From the IMG/VR virus record IMGVR_UViG_3300049595_003462: a stretch of DNA of 64,000 bases; one strand, given 5' to 3'. The number at the start of each line of letters is the position of its first letter. Position 1 is the first letter of the stretch. The translations under genes were made by a program, and so were the position numbers. This document shows, piece by piece, positions 51,158 through 60,243 of the stretch. The notes under the pieces were generated by a model. It was not told the origin of the DNA. It worked only from the letters and a program-made list of their open reading frames with translations, and made no database searches. Origin of the DNA: an uncultured virus (IMG/VR IMGVR_UViG_3300049595_003462). Lineage: Duplodnaviria > Heunggongvirae > Uroviricota > Caudoviricetes.

Positions 51158-52972
51158 TTAAACTTCAAATAAATCAAATAATTGTGGGGAATATAATAAA
51201 TTATTGAAATTTTCTTCAGACAATTTTAATTGTCTCATACCTTTATATTGTTTTTCAACACGAATAATAACTTTCATTTCTTCTCGGTCAAACCCTTCAA
51301 CTTTAAATGAAACAGTTTTATCACTAGGCAATTTGTTCCATTTATTTAATCCAAATTTTTTAACAATTCTACCTCTAAACCCTAAAAACTCTTTAATTTT
51401 CTCTCCACCAGCATCTTCATCCTCATCAAGTTTTTCTAAAATTTTTTCAAATTGACGTTCAACAGAGTTATTAAAAGATACTAAATCAAAATTATCATAA
51501 TCTTGATATTCATATGAATCTTCAGACCAACCACCTAGTCGTCTAGTGCCTGAATATTCAATTATTTGATTAAATAAAGATATTATATCTATTTTTGGTA
51601 GTTGTAATCTTGCGGACCACATTAATAAATTGGCTGCGGTAGTTGCAATTTGGTCGTAATCTCTAAAAAGTACAAACCCAATAGATTCCAAAAAACTATT
51701 AATTTCTTTTTCAATTGATGTTTGAGCGGTTGTTTGCATCTCACTATTCTTTTCGGAAACATAATCACCAAGAATCCAATCCATTTCATCATCAAATAAA
51801 TTTAATAATGTTTCCGATAATCTAACTCTATATTCGTCGTTATCCAAATCAAATTCTTCCCCTGGTAATATTAATTCGGCAATTTCTTTTAACTTTTCCT
51901 TATTTTCTTTATTGAGGTCACCATAGACTACATAACCTTCTTTAAAATCTTGTTCTACTTGATATGAATCCATAAATTCATAACTACCATAATGTGAATT
52001 TATTCCATTTAAAAACCATTGGTCGTCTTCAGATATGTCTAGTGATTTAAAGAATTTTGTATCGTCTCCAAAATCAATTATAATTGTACTTTGTCCTAAT
52101 GGGTCTGAAGGTTTAACTTTAAGAATTGCTTCGTCAGAATCTTCCAATTCACGAGAATCAATTTTACCTTTGGAAAACTCTCTAAGTGTTTTAATAAATT
52201 CTCCAACACCTATTAAATCGTCAATTAAATCATTTTGATTTGGGAAGGTCTCTCTTAAATCATTCACAGTTACTTCAGTATCTTGGGCATTATAGACTTC
52301 ATTTGTTCTATCTTCTGTATTTCTGTATAAGGCCATTTTCTTATTTTCTTTTTTCTTAATAAAGTAATATAACAAACCTCTATTGGCATACCTATCATAA
52401 TAACCCGAACTTCCCTTACCGGCAGTACACCATTTTGTGTTTGCACCATAATAACATGATGCTGCATATGATTTTGGTCTAATCACCAATACATCATCAT
52501 CTTCATATAATCTCTCAGCCTGACTCTTTAACTCCCTTTCTTTTTCTCTTTCGGTTTTTTTAGAATCAATAATATCCATCAAAGTTTTAATAAACTCAGG
52601 ATCTTCATACTGGGCAATGTCTTTAAATGATTTGGCAATCCCTTCAATATTTGGTACCATACCATTTTGTTCTCTAAAAATTGTTTCCGCTTTCCAAATA
52701 TCGTCTTCAGTTATTCTATTAACATTATTATGAAACCATGGAATAACCATTGATAAGATGTCTTTGATTGCATCTTGTTGTGTTATATTAAGACCACCCT
52801 TTCGTCCTGCAAGTTGTGGGATTAATTTTTCAAGTTGTTTAGCAATATAATCAACGTATTTGTACCCTGTTGGGTCTACAGATAGCATACGGTCAATGAA
52901 TGAACTATCGTATTCAAACCTCTGTTTTAGACGTTTTGAAACATCTTCTTTTTTACCTTCTATTATTATCAC
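51158..52972 (-). CDS. Hypothetical protein with PcfJ-like SC.YG..T.WC domain
   Basis: LVIRPKSYAASCYYGANTKWCTA; GTG start; late motif at 52986-52993. Confidence 0.65.
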   Translation of the reverse strand: MIIIEGKKEDVSKRLKQRFEYDSSFIDRMLSVDPTGYKYVDYIAKQLEKLIPQLAGRKGGLNITQQDAIKDILSMVIPWFHNNVNRITEDDIWKAETIFREQNGMVPNIEGIAKSFKDIAQYEDPEFIKTLMDIIDSKKTEREKERELKSQAERLYEDDDVLVIRPKSYAASCYYGANTKWCTAGKGSSGYYDRYANRGLLYYFIKKKENKKMALYRNTEDRTNEVYNAQDTEVTVNDLRETFPNQNDLIDDLIGVGEFIKTLREFSKGKIDSRELEDSDEAILKVKPSDPLGQSTIIIDFGDDTKFFKSLDISEDDQWFLNGINSHYGSYEFMDSYQVEQDFKEGYVVYGDLNKENKEKLKEIAELILPGEEFDLDNDEYRVRLSETLLNLFDDEMDWILGDYVSEKNSEMQTTAQTSIEKEINSFLESIGFVLFRDYDQIATTAANLLMWSARLQLPKIDIISLFNQIIEYSGTRRLGGWSEDSYEYQDYDNFDLVSFNNSVERQFEKILEKLDEDEDAGGEKIKEFLGFRGRIVKKFGLNKWNKLPSDKTVSFKVEGFDREEMKVIIRVEKQYKGMRQLKLSEENFNNLLYSPQLFDLFEV

Positions 52973-53002
52973 CGTTGATTTTTATTATAAATACCATATT
53001 TG

Positions 53003-53033
53003 TTTGGAATTTCCATATTTATTATTACCTTTG
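53003..53033 (+). promoter_or_regulatory. Bacteroidota-type housekeeping promoter (-33 TTTG / -7 TACCTTTG)
   Basis: TTTG at 53003-53006, 19-nt spacer, TACCTTTG at 53026-53033. Confidence 0.7.
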
Positions 53034-53039
53034 TACAAC

Positions 53040-53119
53040 AAATCACGGGTGGCTCCCTTAATAGTTAAGGCTGACCTTAAACATCCGACGAAAGTCTATA
53101 CAGGGGGCGAAAGTGATTT
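53040..53119 (+). ncRNA. Candidate structured small RNA upstream of tmRNA
   Basis: AAATCAC/GTGATTT, GCTCCCT/AGGGGGC, TTAAGG/CCTTAA, GAC-GAAA-GTC. Confidence 0.6.
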
Positions 53120-53137
53120 TTAAGTTCTTTAATTTAT

Positions 53138-53525
53138 GGGGTAGAAAGGCAATTGATTTCATATGTCTGTAATCGGTGGCACGTAGTGAGATGTTTCCTA
53201 TCACTTAAATCTATGGTAATAACAATTATACGGCAACGTGTTAAACAAAATGGCTCTATTAGGTCTTGTAAAACAAGATGAGCTTGTAGAAGTAGCGTAA
53301 GCAAAACTATATTCAGGTCGGGGAGATATTAACCTTGGAACATAAATCTCTATAGGGTGTGGTTTCTATCCTAAAAGAAACAAGTGGAGGATTAGTTCTC
53401 AGTAAACCGAACCACTTTAAAAATAAGGGAATTGTGAATTTTGGAATGTTAGCAAACATTATCCTAAACGTGTAGTCATTTATTATTGAGTAGGGAAGAC
53501 CGCGGTTCGAATCCGCGCTACTCCA
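53138..53525 (+). ncRNA. ssrA: tmRNA
   Basis: GGGGTAG/CTACTCC-A acceptor with G3-U; T-arm CGCGG-TTCGAAT-CCGCG; tag ORF 53232-53300 GNVLNKMALLGLVKQDELVEVA*. Confidence 0.9.
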
Positions 53526-53535
53526 CATTTAACAT

Positions 53536-53564
53536 AAAACCCTGTCCTTGTGATGGGGTTTTTT
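53536..53564 (+). terminator. Terminator after tmRNA
   Basis: AAAACCCTGTC..GATGGGGTTTTTT. Confidence 0.7.
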
Positions 53565-53585
53565 GTTTCCCATATATTTATATAT

Positions 53586-55103
53586 ATGAGATTAACTCCA
53601 ATCCTTATAAAAGAAGGTCGTAAAGAAGATTTACGAAAAAAATACTCTAATAAATTTAAAGAATATCCTGAAACATTGGATTTTATTTTAGGTATTTCTG
53701 ATTTAGCAGATACCAATTTCAAATATGCCGATTTCGTATTACGAGAATTACACCCAAACACATCCAATGAGGAAATTGACGACGCGATAGAACTTGTTAA
53801 AGATTTTGACAGATTCAAACAATCTTTAGAAATTAAAGATATTAATCAATACAACCTTGATAGATTAAAAAATGCGATACAGTCACATATCACATCTTCA
53901 AAATCACAATTAAATAAGTTTGATGCATCAGGAGCGGAAAAAATATTTGAAGATAAGAATATTTTAATAGTTAAACCATTAACTTATAGAGCATCTTGTA
54001 AATATGGTGCTGGTACAAGATGGTGCACCGCAATGGAAAGTCAATCATCTTATTTTGAAACCCATACAATTGGTAACCAGGGATTATATTACATAATATT
54101 AAAGAATTTTGACCAATCAAATAAGTTTTATAAGATAGCAATACATATAACACCCAATACAGAAACTTGGTATGACGCGACAGACACTCCAATGAGCTCA
54201 AGAGAACAAGATATTTTTAGTCTTGGAGCACCAAAAGTTATTGAGCTGGTTAGAAAAAATTACGAGGAAAGTGTTCTTAAATCAAAATACGATTTATTTG
54301 AAAAACTTTTTAGTGAAGGTTTATATACTGTGAGTGGAGAATTAAAAACTAAAGAATCAGTCGGAATTGAGTATTCTAACCCAAATCTATTATTACCATT
54401 AGATATTAATGATGATATGACAAATCACGCAGCAATGGAGATGAACATTTCTATTGATGGTGAATATGTTGACCAATATACGGTTATGATTGTTTTAAAT
54501 TATGATATTAACTACCCCTCTCTTTTAGTTCTTAGTATCGGATTTAGTTGGGATGATAGTAATACCACTCTTGACTTTGATTTACATATTGAAAAGTTAG
54601 ATTTTAACTTAGAATATAATATACCAAAACTCCAAACCGATAATGAGATTAAAAAAATATCTGAAGATATAAACTATCAAATCACTAGGAGGGTTGTTGA
54701 TAAAATGAAACAATCTCCTGAATTTATGTCTTTAGTTCACGGAGGAAAGTCAACTTGGACTCCAAATAGAAGTAGTTACGGATTCACATTTAAAAGAAAA
54801 GATTCTGGATTAATTAAAAAACTAGTTGATTATTTAGACTCAGATAACAAAGGAACAAAATTAGATTTTTTAGTTGATATAGGTTCACTACAGAAAAAAG
54901 ACGTTAACGGAAAACCATACTATTCTCATAAAAATCAAAATAATTGGCAGATACCATCAGCATTTAGAGGACAACTAAGTGGGTTATTTAACTCAGCAAG
55001 ATTAGCAGGAATATTAGATTACGACAAAAAAGGTAATCAGTTTTATTTGAAAAAAGGTCCGAATTTTGAGGCATTCAAATCAGGACAATTAAGTGAGCTT
55101 TAA
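53586..55103 (+). CDS. Paralog of the 51158-52972 protein (PcfJ-like domain)
   Basis: IKEGRKEDL.. N-terminus; LIVKPLTYRASCKYGAGTRWCTA; start at ATG 53586 after TATTTATA. Confidence 0.65.
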   Translation: MRLTPILIKEGRKEDLRKKYSNKFKEYPETLDFILGISDLADTNFKYADFVLRELHPNTSNEEIDDAIELVKDFDRFKQSLEIKDINQYNLDRLKNAIQSHITSSKSQLNKFDASGAEKIFEDKNILIVKPLTYRASCKYGAGTRWCTAMESQSSYFETHTIGNQGLYYIILKNFDQSNKFYKIAIHITPNTETWYDATDTPMSSREQDIFSLGAPKVIELVRKNYEESVLKSKYDLFEKLFSEGLYTVSGELKTKESVGIEYSNPNLLLPLDINDDMTNHAAMEMNISIDGEYVDQYTVMIVLNYDINYPSLLVLSIGFSWDDSNTTLDFDLHIEKLDFNLEYNIPKLQTDNEIKKISEDINYQITRRVVDKMKQSPEFMSLVHGGKSTWTPNRSSYGFTFKRKDSGLIKKLVDYLDSDNKGTKLDFLVDIGSLQKKDVNGKPYYSHKNQNNWQIPSAFRGQLSGLFNSARLAGILDYDKKGNQFYLKKGPNFEAFKSGQLSEL

Positions 55104-55324
55104 GGTTTTTTAGATAATCTGCGAAAGTAGATATATAATCCAAAAAATACTACCGCAACACAATACAACACAAAGTTGGCTTTCCATAAACTTCCTGTCC
55201 ATAAGATTAGTCCATACTGAACAGCATCGAACCCAAAAGGATTGAAGAATAGTGCTATCATTAGAAATAGTTGGGATAAATTGTCTTGGAATACCCTCCT
55301 CCAAGTTTTGTTTTCTACTGTCAT
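55100..55324 (-). CDS. Small membrane protein
   Basis: Two to three hydrophobic segments; late motif at 55375-55382. Confidence 0.55.
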   Translation of the reverse strand: MTVENKTWRRVFQDNLSQLFLMIALFFNPFGFDAVQYGLILWTGSLWKANFVLYCVAVVFFGLYIYFRRLSKKP

Positions 55325-55397
55325 CGTCCATATGTGTGCATTAAAAATTTATGCGACTAAGCTTTGTATTTAAGTATAAATATCTTATCTTTGCTTT

Positions 55398-55973
55398 ATG
55401 AAAGTTATATTTTTAGATCATGACGGTGTAATTTGTTTATTAACCGAATGGGGAAGTCGACATAAGAAACAAAAAAAATGGGGTGAACGGAATACATCCA
55501 TCTCAATGAATGAAATACCACTTGAATATCGTTTTGATAATTTCAATCAAAAGGCGATTAACATCCTTAACGAAATTTTGGAAGAAACAGGAGCAGAAAT
55601 TGTGGTTTCATCAGATTGGAAAAATTTTGCAACTCTTGAAGAGATGGGTAAATATTATGAATCCAAAGGGATTATTAAAAAACCTATCGCATTTACATTA
55701 AATCTAGGTAATTGTACTTGGTATAATAAAGATGTTTGGGTTTGGAACCCAAAATGGGATTTGGAAATGAGTCGAGTTATTGAAATTAAACAATACCTAC
55801 ATGACCATCCTGAGATTACTCATTGGGTCTCAATTGATGATTTGAACATGGGTAAAAATGGGGAATCTTGGAAGGATTGGGGGTTGGATAACTTTGTCTT
55901 AACTCCAAATGGTAATGAAGGGATCAAACAATCGGGAATAAAAGAAAAAGTAATCAAATTTTTAAATGATTAA
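55398..55973 (+). CDS. HAD phosphatase, Swiss-Army-knife RNA-repair-like
   Basis: KVIFLDHDGVI, IVVSSDW, WVSIDDL; TATCTTTG at 55386-55393. Confidence 0.8.
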   Translation: MKVIFLDHDGVICLLTEWGSRHKKQKKWGERNTSISMNEIPLEYRFDNFNQKAINILNEILEETGAEIVVSSDWKNFATLEEMGKYYESKGIIKKPIAFTLNLGNCTWYNKDVWVWNPKWDLEMSRVIEIKQYLHDHPEITHWVSIDDLNMGKNGESWKDWGLDNFVLTPNGNEGIKQSGIKEKVIKFLND

Positions 55974-56151
55974 TATTAAAGAAATTTTAAAAAAAGAAGG
56001 TCCGATGTTAAAATTATCTAATATCGCTCCCGAAGGGTTTGTTTTGGTCCATGAAAAAACATTAGAAGATTTGAAAGATTTTGAAAATTGGAAAAGTTGG
56101 AAAAATAATGATTTAACTATTAAAGAACTAAATAATAAAAATTTTAATTAA
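55966..56151 (+). CDS. Hypothetical protein
   Basis: 61 aa operonic ORF. Confidence 0.5.
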   Translation: MINIKEILKKEGPMLKLSNIAPEGFVLVHEKTLEDLKDFENWKSWKNNDLTIKELNNKNFN

Positions 56152-56155
56152 ATTT

Positions 56156-56338
56156 ATGAAAAAACTATGTAGGTCAAATTCAGGAATAATTGGTGGTGTA
56201 TGTGGAGGATTAGGAAATTATTTTAATATTGATGATTCACTAATTAGGATTTTATTTGTTGTTTTAATGTTTACACCATTTCCAATCATTTTTACATATT
56301 TATTACTATGGATATCAACACCAAACAAAATAGTATGA
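56156..56338 (+). CDS. pspC: PspC-domain membrane protein
   Basis: KLCRS..IIGGVCGGLGNYFNID..LIRILFV..YLLLWI. Confidence 0.85.
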   Translation: MKKLCRSNSGIIGGVCGGLGNYFNIDDSLIRILFVVLMFTPFPIIFTYLLLWISTPNKIV

Positions 56339-56463
56339 AAAAAATAAAAGAAATATTTGTAAATTTTTTTAAATTAATATTTAAATCTAAAAAAATTAAA
56401 TCTGATGTGGTTATTAAACCTGAAGTTAACAGATTAACTTACACCAAAAGAACCGACAATTAG
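56335..56463 (+). CDS. Small basic hypothetical protein (42 aa)
   Basis: ATGA overlap with pspC; ends in a terminator; below the ORF-track cutoff. Confidence 0.4.
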   Translation: MKKIKEIFVNFFKLIFKSKKIKSDVVIKPEVNRLTYTKRTDN

Positions 56464-56477
56464 TCGGTTTTTTTTTT
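56451..56477 (+). terminator. Intrinsic terminator
   Basis: AACCGAC-AATTA-GTCGGTT followed by a T-tract. Confidence 0.75.
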
Positions 56478-56502
56478 ATTTATAATAAACTATTTATATT
56501 AT

Positions 56503-57597
56503 ATGAGTAGTCAAACAAAATTAATTAAAGATATAATATCACTTTATGATACAATTCTTGAAAATAAGAATGTGTCTGAAGCCATTGATGTATACGATAA
56601 CGTGGATTTTAAAAGTATTGGTGATGGTAATCCTTCATCTGACAATATTAACACCACCCTTTTACGGGATATTCAAGTCGCTGCAAAGTCCGTTGGTCTT
56701 AAAGTAGATATTACAACCGCAGTAAGTGGCCATGGTAAAAAAACTAAAAGCGGTAATGCAAGTAGACACCCATCAGGAAACGCTGTTGATATTGCAATAA
56801 TTAATGGTAAATCCGTTAGTCCTTCAAATAGAGCTGATGCCGACAAATTAGTTAGTGCATTAGTTTCAATGGGTTATACCAAAAATGCCGAAGGATCAAG
56901 TAACCCTAAGTCAGTTTTAACTTTTGGATTTCCAAACCATGATAACCACGTTCACATATCAAATATTACTTCATCTACAAGTGAGGAACCAAAAACTTCT
57001 TCAGACAATACATCGTCAAGTACTGAAAAGGCTGGTTCATTCGCAAGAGAAATTGGTAAATCCATATTAAACGCTGTTGGGATTAATGAAGAAAAAGTAT
57101 ATTCAAGTTTTGGTAATAATATAGAATCAAGATACGGTTCAATTGTAATACCAAAAGAAAATAACTCAAAGATTAAAAGTCCTGTGGAGGGTGTAATAAC
57201 AAGTTATTATAATTCAAATTGTGATAATCAAATTGTTATTAAATTTGATAATGGTAGTGACGTGGGGTATTTAGAATACTGTGGTATTTCAACACCTTTA
57301 GTTCAAAAGGGTCAATCTGTTAGTAAAGGAACAACAATAGGTAAAACAGATTCAGATGTTAAAGTTACTTTGTACGATTTAAATAAAAACAGAGAAAATA
57401 TTAATACAGATAAAGAAAAAAAATCAAAAGGTAAAGACAAGAATAAAGAAAAGGATAAAGACAGTGATTTATATGGTAAAAACGAATATTCAAAACTTTT
57501 CATTAATTCATATAGAAATTTAAAAAAATCTTTTGAAAAGAAAGACCCTAAAAAAATAGAAGAAAATATAAATAGAATTAAAGGTCTATTAAAATAA
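56503..57597 (+). CDS. Putative peptidoglycan peptidase (M15-like HxxxxAxD...HxH domain + degenerate M23-like domain)
   Basis: SRHPSGNAVDI..HDNHVHI; IKSPVEGVI..VQKGQSVSKGTTIG; C-terminal IEENINRIKGLL. Confidence 0.6.
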   Translation: MSSQTKLIKDIISLYDTILENKNVSEAIDVYDNVDFKSIGDGNPSSDNINTTLLRDIQVAAKSVGLKVDITTAVSGHGKKTKSGNASRHPSGNAVDIAIINGKSVSPSNRADADKLVSALVSMGYTKNAEGSSNPKSVLTFGFPNHDNHVHISNITSSTSEEPKTSSDNTSSSTEKAGSFAREIGKSILNAVGINEEKVYSSFGNNIESRYGSIVIPKENNSKIKSPVEGVITSYYNSNCDNQIVIKFDNGSDVGYLEYCGISTPLVQKGQSVSKGTTIGKTDSDVKVTLYDLNKNRENINTDKEKKSKGKDKNKEKDKDSDLYGKNEYSKLFINSYRNLKKSFEKKDPKKIEENINRIKGLLK

Positions 57598-57624
57598 AAA
57601 AACCCACCAATTGGTGGGTTTTTT
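57597..57624. terminator. Bidirectional terminator
   Basis: AAAAAACCCACC-AATT-GGTGGGTTTTTT. Confidence 0.85.
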
Positions 57625-57641
57625 GTTTCATTAAGGTCTAA

Positions 57642-57812
57642 TTACTTAGTCTCAACAAAAATGGTTGAATCAACGATAAATGTTGTGTCTGTTATTAATG
57701 TTGAATCAACAGTTGCCACGGTAGAATCAGTTGATTTAACTTCAGTTGTTGATGTTCCGTTTCCACAAGAGGCTAATGCTACGATTGCGAATAATGCTAC
57801 GATTTGTTTCAT
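57642..57812 (-). CDS. Small lipoprotein (56 aa)
   Basis: MKQIVALFAIVALASC lipobox; DST/DTT repeats; not in the ORF track. Confidence 0.75.
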   Translation of the reverse strand: MKQIVALFAIVALASCGNGTSTTEVKSTDSTVATVDSTLITDTTFIVDSTIFVETK

Positions 57813-57919
57813 AATTGTTTGTTTTTTTTTTATTTATAAATTGTTTGTAATTGTTTCGTTATTGATTTAATAAGTATAGACAAAGATATCATATTTGTCA
57901 ATTATTGATGATTAATTTT

Positions 57920-59185
57920 TTAAATCATCCAAGAACCAATTTCTTCTAATGACTCATAGGTTAAGACATTAAGATGATTTAAAATTTCCTCAACATTGTT
58001 TGGGTCTACACCTCCAATTGACATTCTAAACCATCCCTTGTTTTCTTTTGAACCAAAATATTCAAAAGGTACCAACCCAATACTACATCTATTAATTAAA
58101 AATTTGATATAACTTTCAATAGTCGGAAACGATAAAGACTCACCCAAATAAATTGAAATATAAATTCCACCTTCAGGCCTTTGGTAATCAATACGGAATC
58201 CTTTATCTTTTAATTCTTGGATTTTATCACATATTTTGTTTGAAATATCTGAATATTGTTTTGTTTTTGAATTAACAAATTCAACCATATTATCATAATC
58301 ATTTAGGTACCTTGCAACTGCGTTTTGTTCTGGTTTTGGTGCCCAAGCCCCAATGTGTGAGAAAATCTCTGTCATCTTACCTATAATGTCTTGTGGACCA
58401 AACATCCAACCAACTCTAATACCTGTGGCACATAGTGATTTAGAGATACCATCCACACAAATCAAATAATCACGGATTTCAGGGCATAACGTTAATGGGT
58501 GAACAAATAAACCCTCAACAGTTAAGTCAGAATAGATTTGGTCAAAAAACAAATACAAGGGTCTTGATCCAACTTGTGATGACCTGACGTTATTTTCATT
58601 CACCACCAATTCACAAATACTCTTTAATACCTCAGGATTGATTACACGACCTGTTGGGTTTTGTGGTGAACAAATACAAATTAAAGATGTTTTATCATTA
58701 ATTGCCATGTCAATATCTGACGCTGTTGGAAAAAATGAGTTCTCAGGTTTACATTCAATTTCTTGTTTAACCGCTCCATGTAAAAAACTATAGTGATTGT
58801 TATTCCAAGATGGTACAGGATAGATAACTCCTTCACCGTTATTAACCAATGCTTTGTAAACAGTATAAATTAATGGACGAACTCCACCACCAACTAATAT
58901 TTCATTTTCGTTATAATCTATACCTTGTCTTTTCTTAAGATATTCACTAACTGATTGTCTAAGATTTAATTGACCAGCAGACAATGGATAATTAGTTAGA
59001 TTTTCATTGTAGGAATCAATGATGTAATCTTTAAGTTTTTCGGGGATTGGATTTATGCTTGAATCAAAATCACCAATTGTTAAATTTTGGACTTTTTTTG
59101 TTTTTGAAATTTCTTTGATTTGTTGAGAGATTTTGATGATTTCAGAACCTACAATGTTGTTTCCTACGTGTGATAATTTTTCCAT
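57920..59185 (-). CDS. PLP-dependent aminotransferase class I/II
   Basis: SPQNPTG, FDQIY, DGISKSLCATGIRVGW, WFRMS. Confidence 0.9.
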   Translation of the reverse strand: MEKLSHVGNNIVGSEIIKISQQIKEISKTKKVQNLTIGDFDSSINPIPEKLKDYIIDSYNENLTNYPLSAGQLNLRQSVSEYLKKRQGIDYNENEILVGGGVRPLIYTVYKALVNNGEGVIYPVPSWNNNHYSFLHGAVKQEIECKPENSFFPTASDIDMAINDKTSLICICSPQNPTGRVINPEVLKSICELVVNENNVRSSQVGSRPLYLFFDQIYSDLTVEGLFVHPLTLCPEIRDYLICVDGISKSLCATGIRVGWMFGPQDIIGKMTEIFSHIGAWAPKPEQNAVARYLNDYDNMVEFVNSKTKQYSDISNKICDKIQELKDKGFRIDYQRPEGGIYISIYLGESLSFPTIESYIKFLINRCSIGLVPFEYFGSKENKGWFRMSIGGVDPNNVEEILNHLNVLTYESLEEIGSWMI

Positions 59186-59226
59186 GTATTAATTATAATT
59201 TTTAAAATTCTTTTTGTCAAACTATG

Positions 59227-59312
59227 CGGAAGGTGAGGGGCTCGAACCCTCGCGACTTTTACATCCTATCAGTTTAGCAAACTGACCCCTTCACCAACTT
59301 GGGTAACCTTCC
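59227..59312 (-). tRNA. tRNA-Ser(GCT)
   Basis: Cloverleaf, TCAGT-TTGCTAA-ACTGA, long variable arm. Confidence 0.92.
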
Positions 59313-59372
59313 TTGTATTATTAGTGTTCCAAAATTAATAAAAAAATAGAGTTTTGGAACACTAATAATTTT

Positions 59373-59690
59373 TTATATTAATTCTAATAGGACATAAGTT
59401 AATTTATATCCTGTAAATGCTCCGAGAGCGGACGGTATTGGAAACACAATCATCTTACCTAAATCGGTAACATACTTTGGTCTGTTAACAATCTTACCCA
59501 TAAAAAAATAGTAGGTAATATATCCTAACAATACCGCCAAATCTGTCTTGGTTGCAATGAACACAACCAAGGTTGCACCTATAAATCCAAAGATGAAATT
59601 ATCTCTAACTCCTTCCCATATTTCGTATGGGGTGGCGTCTTTATATTCTTTAACAATTTTTTGAAATGATTTTCTATTTCTCTTTAACAT
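59373..59690 (-). CDS. Membrane protein
   Basis: Three hydrophobic segments; TATATTTG at 59709-59716. Confidence 0.6.
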   Translation of the reverse strand: MLKRNRKSFQKIVKEYKDATPYEIWEGVRDNFIFGFIGATLVVFIATKTDLAVLLGYITYYFFMGKIVNRPKYVTDLGKMIVFPIPSALGAFTGYKLTYVLLELI

Positions 59691-59775
59691 ACTTTAATTT
59701 CTTAAATTCAAATATAAAAAAATCCCCCTGAATTTCAAACTCAGAGGGATAAATTATTTCTAATAAAAAATTATC

Positions 59776-60243
59776 TTATTTTAAGAATCTCAATTTATAA
59801 AGAGTACTATAAATTAATTCCTGAACAGTATCAATTTGATTTTGAATAAAAGACTCTTTAACCGATTTTCTATTTTTTTCAATATTATCATCTAATCCTT
59901 TAAAGTAAGTTATTAGTTGTTCTGTTGACTTATAATCAACCATTTTAATCGTTTTATAACCTGTTAACAAATCGTTTTTACCTTGGTAACTTTCAACAAT
60001 ACCATCAACTAATCCATCTAATCCTTCATAATATTTTTGTAAGGCTTTGTGCTCAGCAAATGATGATTGTGATTTTGTTTGCCAATGAAATACATGAGTC
60101 TGACTTCTTGAATGAAGTAATGTTGAAATCATATCAACAATATCCCCATCCTCAGCAATATCATCAGCAGTTTCTTTTTTTTCGGCTTCATTTAAATGCA
60201 TTACCTTAAATAATTGCTCTTTGCTTATCGTAATTTTATCCAT
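59776..60243 (-). CDS. Ferritin/Dps-like four-helix protein (DUF5856-like)
   Basis: HVFHWQT..FAEHKAL..YY..D..VESYQG; start at 60243 because the track start lies within a tRNA. Confidence 0.7.
   Translation of the reverse strand: MDKITISKEQLFKVMHLNEAEKKETADDIAEDGDIVDMISTLLHSRSQTHVFHWQTKSQSSFAEHKALQKYYEGLDGLVDGIVESYQGKNDLLTGYKTIKMVDYKSTEQLITYFKGLDDNIEKNRKSVKESFIQNQIDTVQELIYSTLYKLRFLK

Noticed and set aside
52860..53818. ORF-track entries 52860-53123, 53313-53528, 53483-53818
   Set aside because: Shadow frames over the tmRNA locus and neighbouring real genes
554..54201. Numerous short antisense or out-of-frame ORFs nested in long genes (e.g. 554-739, 2793-3128, 18339-18591, 32641-33225, 35080-35818, 38666-39460, 48431-49393)
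   Set aside because: Fully overlapped by well-supported genes; their composition reflects the opposite-strand codon pattern
55110..55331. Alternative-frame 73-aa ORF
   Set aside because: The overlapping frame 55100-55324 gives a more plausible membrane protein
57661..57870. + strand 69-aa ORF
   Set aside because: Antisense shadow of the - strand lipoprotein 57642-57812
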